Shown: positions 36,052 to 38,120 of the stretch, in pieces
Layout: every line of letters starts with the position of its first letter
How positions within the stretch are numbered: position 1 is the stretch's first letter
Source: Mesotaenium endlicherianum
Taxonomy: Eukaryota
DNA length: 38,120 bases
Assembly: GCA_009602735.1 (NCBI GenBank)
Contig: WELA01000694.1
Span: 597,042-635,161, forward strand
Reading direction: 5' to 3'
Notes under the pieces: generated by a model
Seen by the model: the letters and a program-made list of their open reading frames with translations, nothing else
Databases searched by the model: none
Told to the model about the DNA's origin: nothing
Position numbers and translations under genes: made by a program

Positions 36052-36444
36052 CCGCATTTGATCGATAGATTTGCCACAGCAAGCAACACGCGCCTGTCGC
36101 GGTTCAACTCTAGGTGGCTAGAGGTGGGCGCTGAGGCCATAAATGCCCTCACCGAGCACTGGGCAGGTGAAAATAACTATTGTTTTCCACCACCTCAGAT
36201 GGTCGCTCCAGTAGTCGACCACGTGCTGCGATGCAAGGCCAACTGCACGCTAGTGATACTCCAGTGGCAATCAGCCAGCTGGTGGCCGCGATTGCTAGAT
36301 AGCGATGCGGAGTGGATAGATTGTGTGCAGGCAAGCATATTGCTAGGCTATAGCTCGATTTTGTTGCCTGGCACAGACAAGGCGGCGTTCCGGGGCAAGG
36401 GCATCCCTCTGTGCATGGTGCTAGCCTTACGCGTGGGTGTATGA
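36052..36444 (+). CDS. DIRS-type DNA N6-adenine methyltransferase-like domain (C-terminus of pol, 5'-truncated)
   Basis: PHLIDRFA..NT..RFNS...INAL...W..ENNYCFPP....V........LV..W....WWP.L. Confidence 0.82.
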   Translation, partial: PHLIDRFATASNTRLSRFNSRWLEVGAEAINALTEHWAGENNYCFPPPQMVAPVVDHVLRCKANCTLVILQWQSASWWPRLLDSDAEWIDCVQASILLGYSSILLPGTDKAAFRGKGIPLCMVLALRVGV

Positions 36445-37490
36445 GGTGTTGAGCAGAATATCGACTTTTTGAAAATCCGACCTTACAAGCCTTGGAAGCC
36501 ACGAGCGTGGACGTGTTGCTCCACACTATCGCGCCTACCAGTCTGCGTACCTACAACACTTACTGGATGCGTTTTCAACGGTGGTGCGAAATGCATAAGT
36601 TGCAGGATCTTCCGGCGTCAGTCGAGGTGGTCAGGCTCTACTGCTTGTATCTCATCCAGGAGCGTGTCACCTGGTCTACATACCATTTGTCATCGGCTGC
36701 AATCTTTTGCGTGCATCGACTAGCGGAGCTACCTAGCCCCACATCGCACGACAAGATCAGTACCCTTAGAAAAGCAGCGCAAAGGTTGCTGCCCAGACCC
36801 AAGCACACCATGATGCCGGTCGCACCCTGCACCCTCACTGCGATTTTTGAAAAGCACACAGGGCCAGGTGCCACCGCCGCATTGCTCATGAAGGTGGCCG
36901 CGATGATGCTCATGTATAGTGCTTGTCTGCGATACTCAGATTTGGCCAAAACCAGAATTCAGGATCTCGACATCACGGGTGGTCCAAATATCACAGCTAT
37001 TTACTTGCACCTCCCCTCCTCTAAGACGGACCAAATTGGTGAGGGCGCATGGGGTGCCCTGCACGCGAGCAACTCCAAGTGGTGCCCGATAAAAATGTTG
37101 TGTAGGTTAGTGGCGGAGATACCAGAGTATGTTCTTGATGGACCTTTAATTCGGCACATACAGGCATCTGGCAGACCTTCTCTTCAGCCCGCCTCACACG
37201 CCACTGTGAATAAGTGGTGCAAGGAATTATTCGCATCGGTAGGCCTTACACAGAACATGGGTACGCACTCCTTGCGAAAGGGAGCCGCCACAGCAGCCGC
37301 CAACTTGGGCGTCCCAGATGCCGTAGCCCAAACTATGGGCAGATGGAAATCTGCTCGAGGAAAAGAGCCATACGTGCTTCACCTGCAGCAGTCACTGGCA
37401 TCCGCTGCCCGAACCATAACCATCCCTGACGATGCTAGCGATGCTCCCAATGGCCAAGAGCAAATTCTAGCAGCTTTTAGACGCAAGTAG
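36441..37490 (+). CDS. tyrosine recombinase (YR) of the DIRS-like element
   Basis: N-terminal Y...W.RF..WC domain; catalytic set CLRYSD, SKTDQ, GTHSLRKG, GRWKS, PY; open from 36453; in-frame ATG 36441 is followed by TGA at 36450. Confidence 0.9.
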
Positions 37491-37685
37491 CACTACCATG
37501 TAGTACGACCCGTAGGGGCCGCTACTTAGATGAGACCCAACTTCTACTTTTACCACTAGACTAGCCTAGAAGTACCTTGTATGCTATTAATATTGCATAC
37601 TATTACTCCTACTATTTTTTCTAGTATCACCTTTTTTCTTTCGAAATCAGGCAATTTGAACACAAATTGTCAAATTGAAGGTTTG

Positions 37686-38120
37686 TGTAATGAATCAGTA
37701 TATTAGTAGATATAATATTCATCTAAATATAATAGTTAATTTAATTAAGCCTGCTGAACTTTAGTTGGTAGTCAGTCTGCTGAACTTTAGTTAATAATCA
37801 GTCTGCTGGACTTTACATAATTATCAGTTTAATGACTCGGCCAAAAGCAGCAGGCTGAAGTCAACTTAAGTCAGCTTGCTGACACATTCTTTGACAGCCA
37901 GCTGACTTCCGTGCTCGGTAGCAGCGAACTGCCTTGATATGCATCTAAGTACCACCTGCTAGATGAATGGCCAGATGACATCCCCATGATGGATGGCTAT
38001 TCGGGATGATGGGAGATGGCGGTGGATTTGGTTAACCGAGGTCCTACCAACGTGGTTAACTCCCGGGTAGGCGGTGCCATCGCACTGACCGTTGAACAGT
38101 AAACTCATTCCATGTACATA
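37686..38120 (+). repeat. family X LTR (5' or solo; runs off the window)
   Basis: TGTAATGAATCAG start with no preceding PPT; homologous to 22666-23075, with one extra 26-bp unit. Confidence 0.92.

Larger units (their letters stand above)
36051..37685 (+). mobile_element. DIRS/PAT-like tyrosine-recombinase retrotransposon, 3' fragment
   Basis: methyltransferase-like domain followed directly by a YR gene, the DIRS pol-MT/YR arrangement. Confidence 0.85.

Noticed and set aside
37653..37678. CAATTTGA...TCAAATTG inverted repeat as a DIRS terminal or ICR element
   Set aside because: Only 8 bp in AT-rich DNA, and the other end of the element is missing, so it cannot be tested.
36051..37685. Phage integrase/Dam cassette, or composite transposon bounded by inverted repeats
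   Set aside because: The MT+YR order and motifs fit DIRS-type retroelements; the flanking inverted repeats are two independent head-to-head family X LTRs.

Overview
Eukaryotic, intron-rich, GC-rich DNA from a draft assembly with several N gaps. It is probably a green/streptophyte alga (inferred from plant-type genes and (TG)n-rich introns). Left third: a 5'-partial multi-exon ABC1/UbiB atypical kinase gene on + (ABC1K4-like, 296-12662). Two gap-adjacent near-perfect duplications (1.1 kb and 5.1 kb) look like assembly artefacts. There is also a Ty1/copia RT relic and the terminal exon of an O-fucosyltransferase-like gene on -. Right half: a nested retroelement cluster with two degenerate Ty3/gypsy elements (each with an LTR and tRNA-iMet-type PBS), a DIRS/PAT-type fragment (N6-adenine methyltransferase-like domain plus tyrosine recombinase), and several pieces of one LTR family, called 'family X' here (~720-bp LTR, four LTR copies). 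The most interesting feature is family X. It appears to be a chromodomain-integrase Ty3/gypsy element with an extra ~558-aa ORF of unknown function in the env position (coiled coil, globular domain, acidic tract, RS tail). That ORF shows signs of purifying selection, has a branch point and splice acceptor directly before its ATG, and the LTR ends with a perfect splice donor. This suggests a retrovirus-like spliced accessory gene. Protein family calls rest on motif recognition from memory; no database searches were run.
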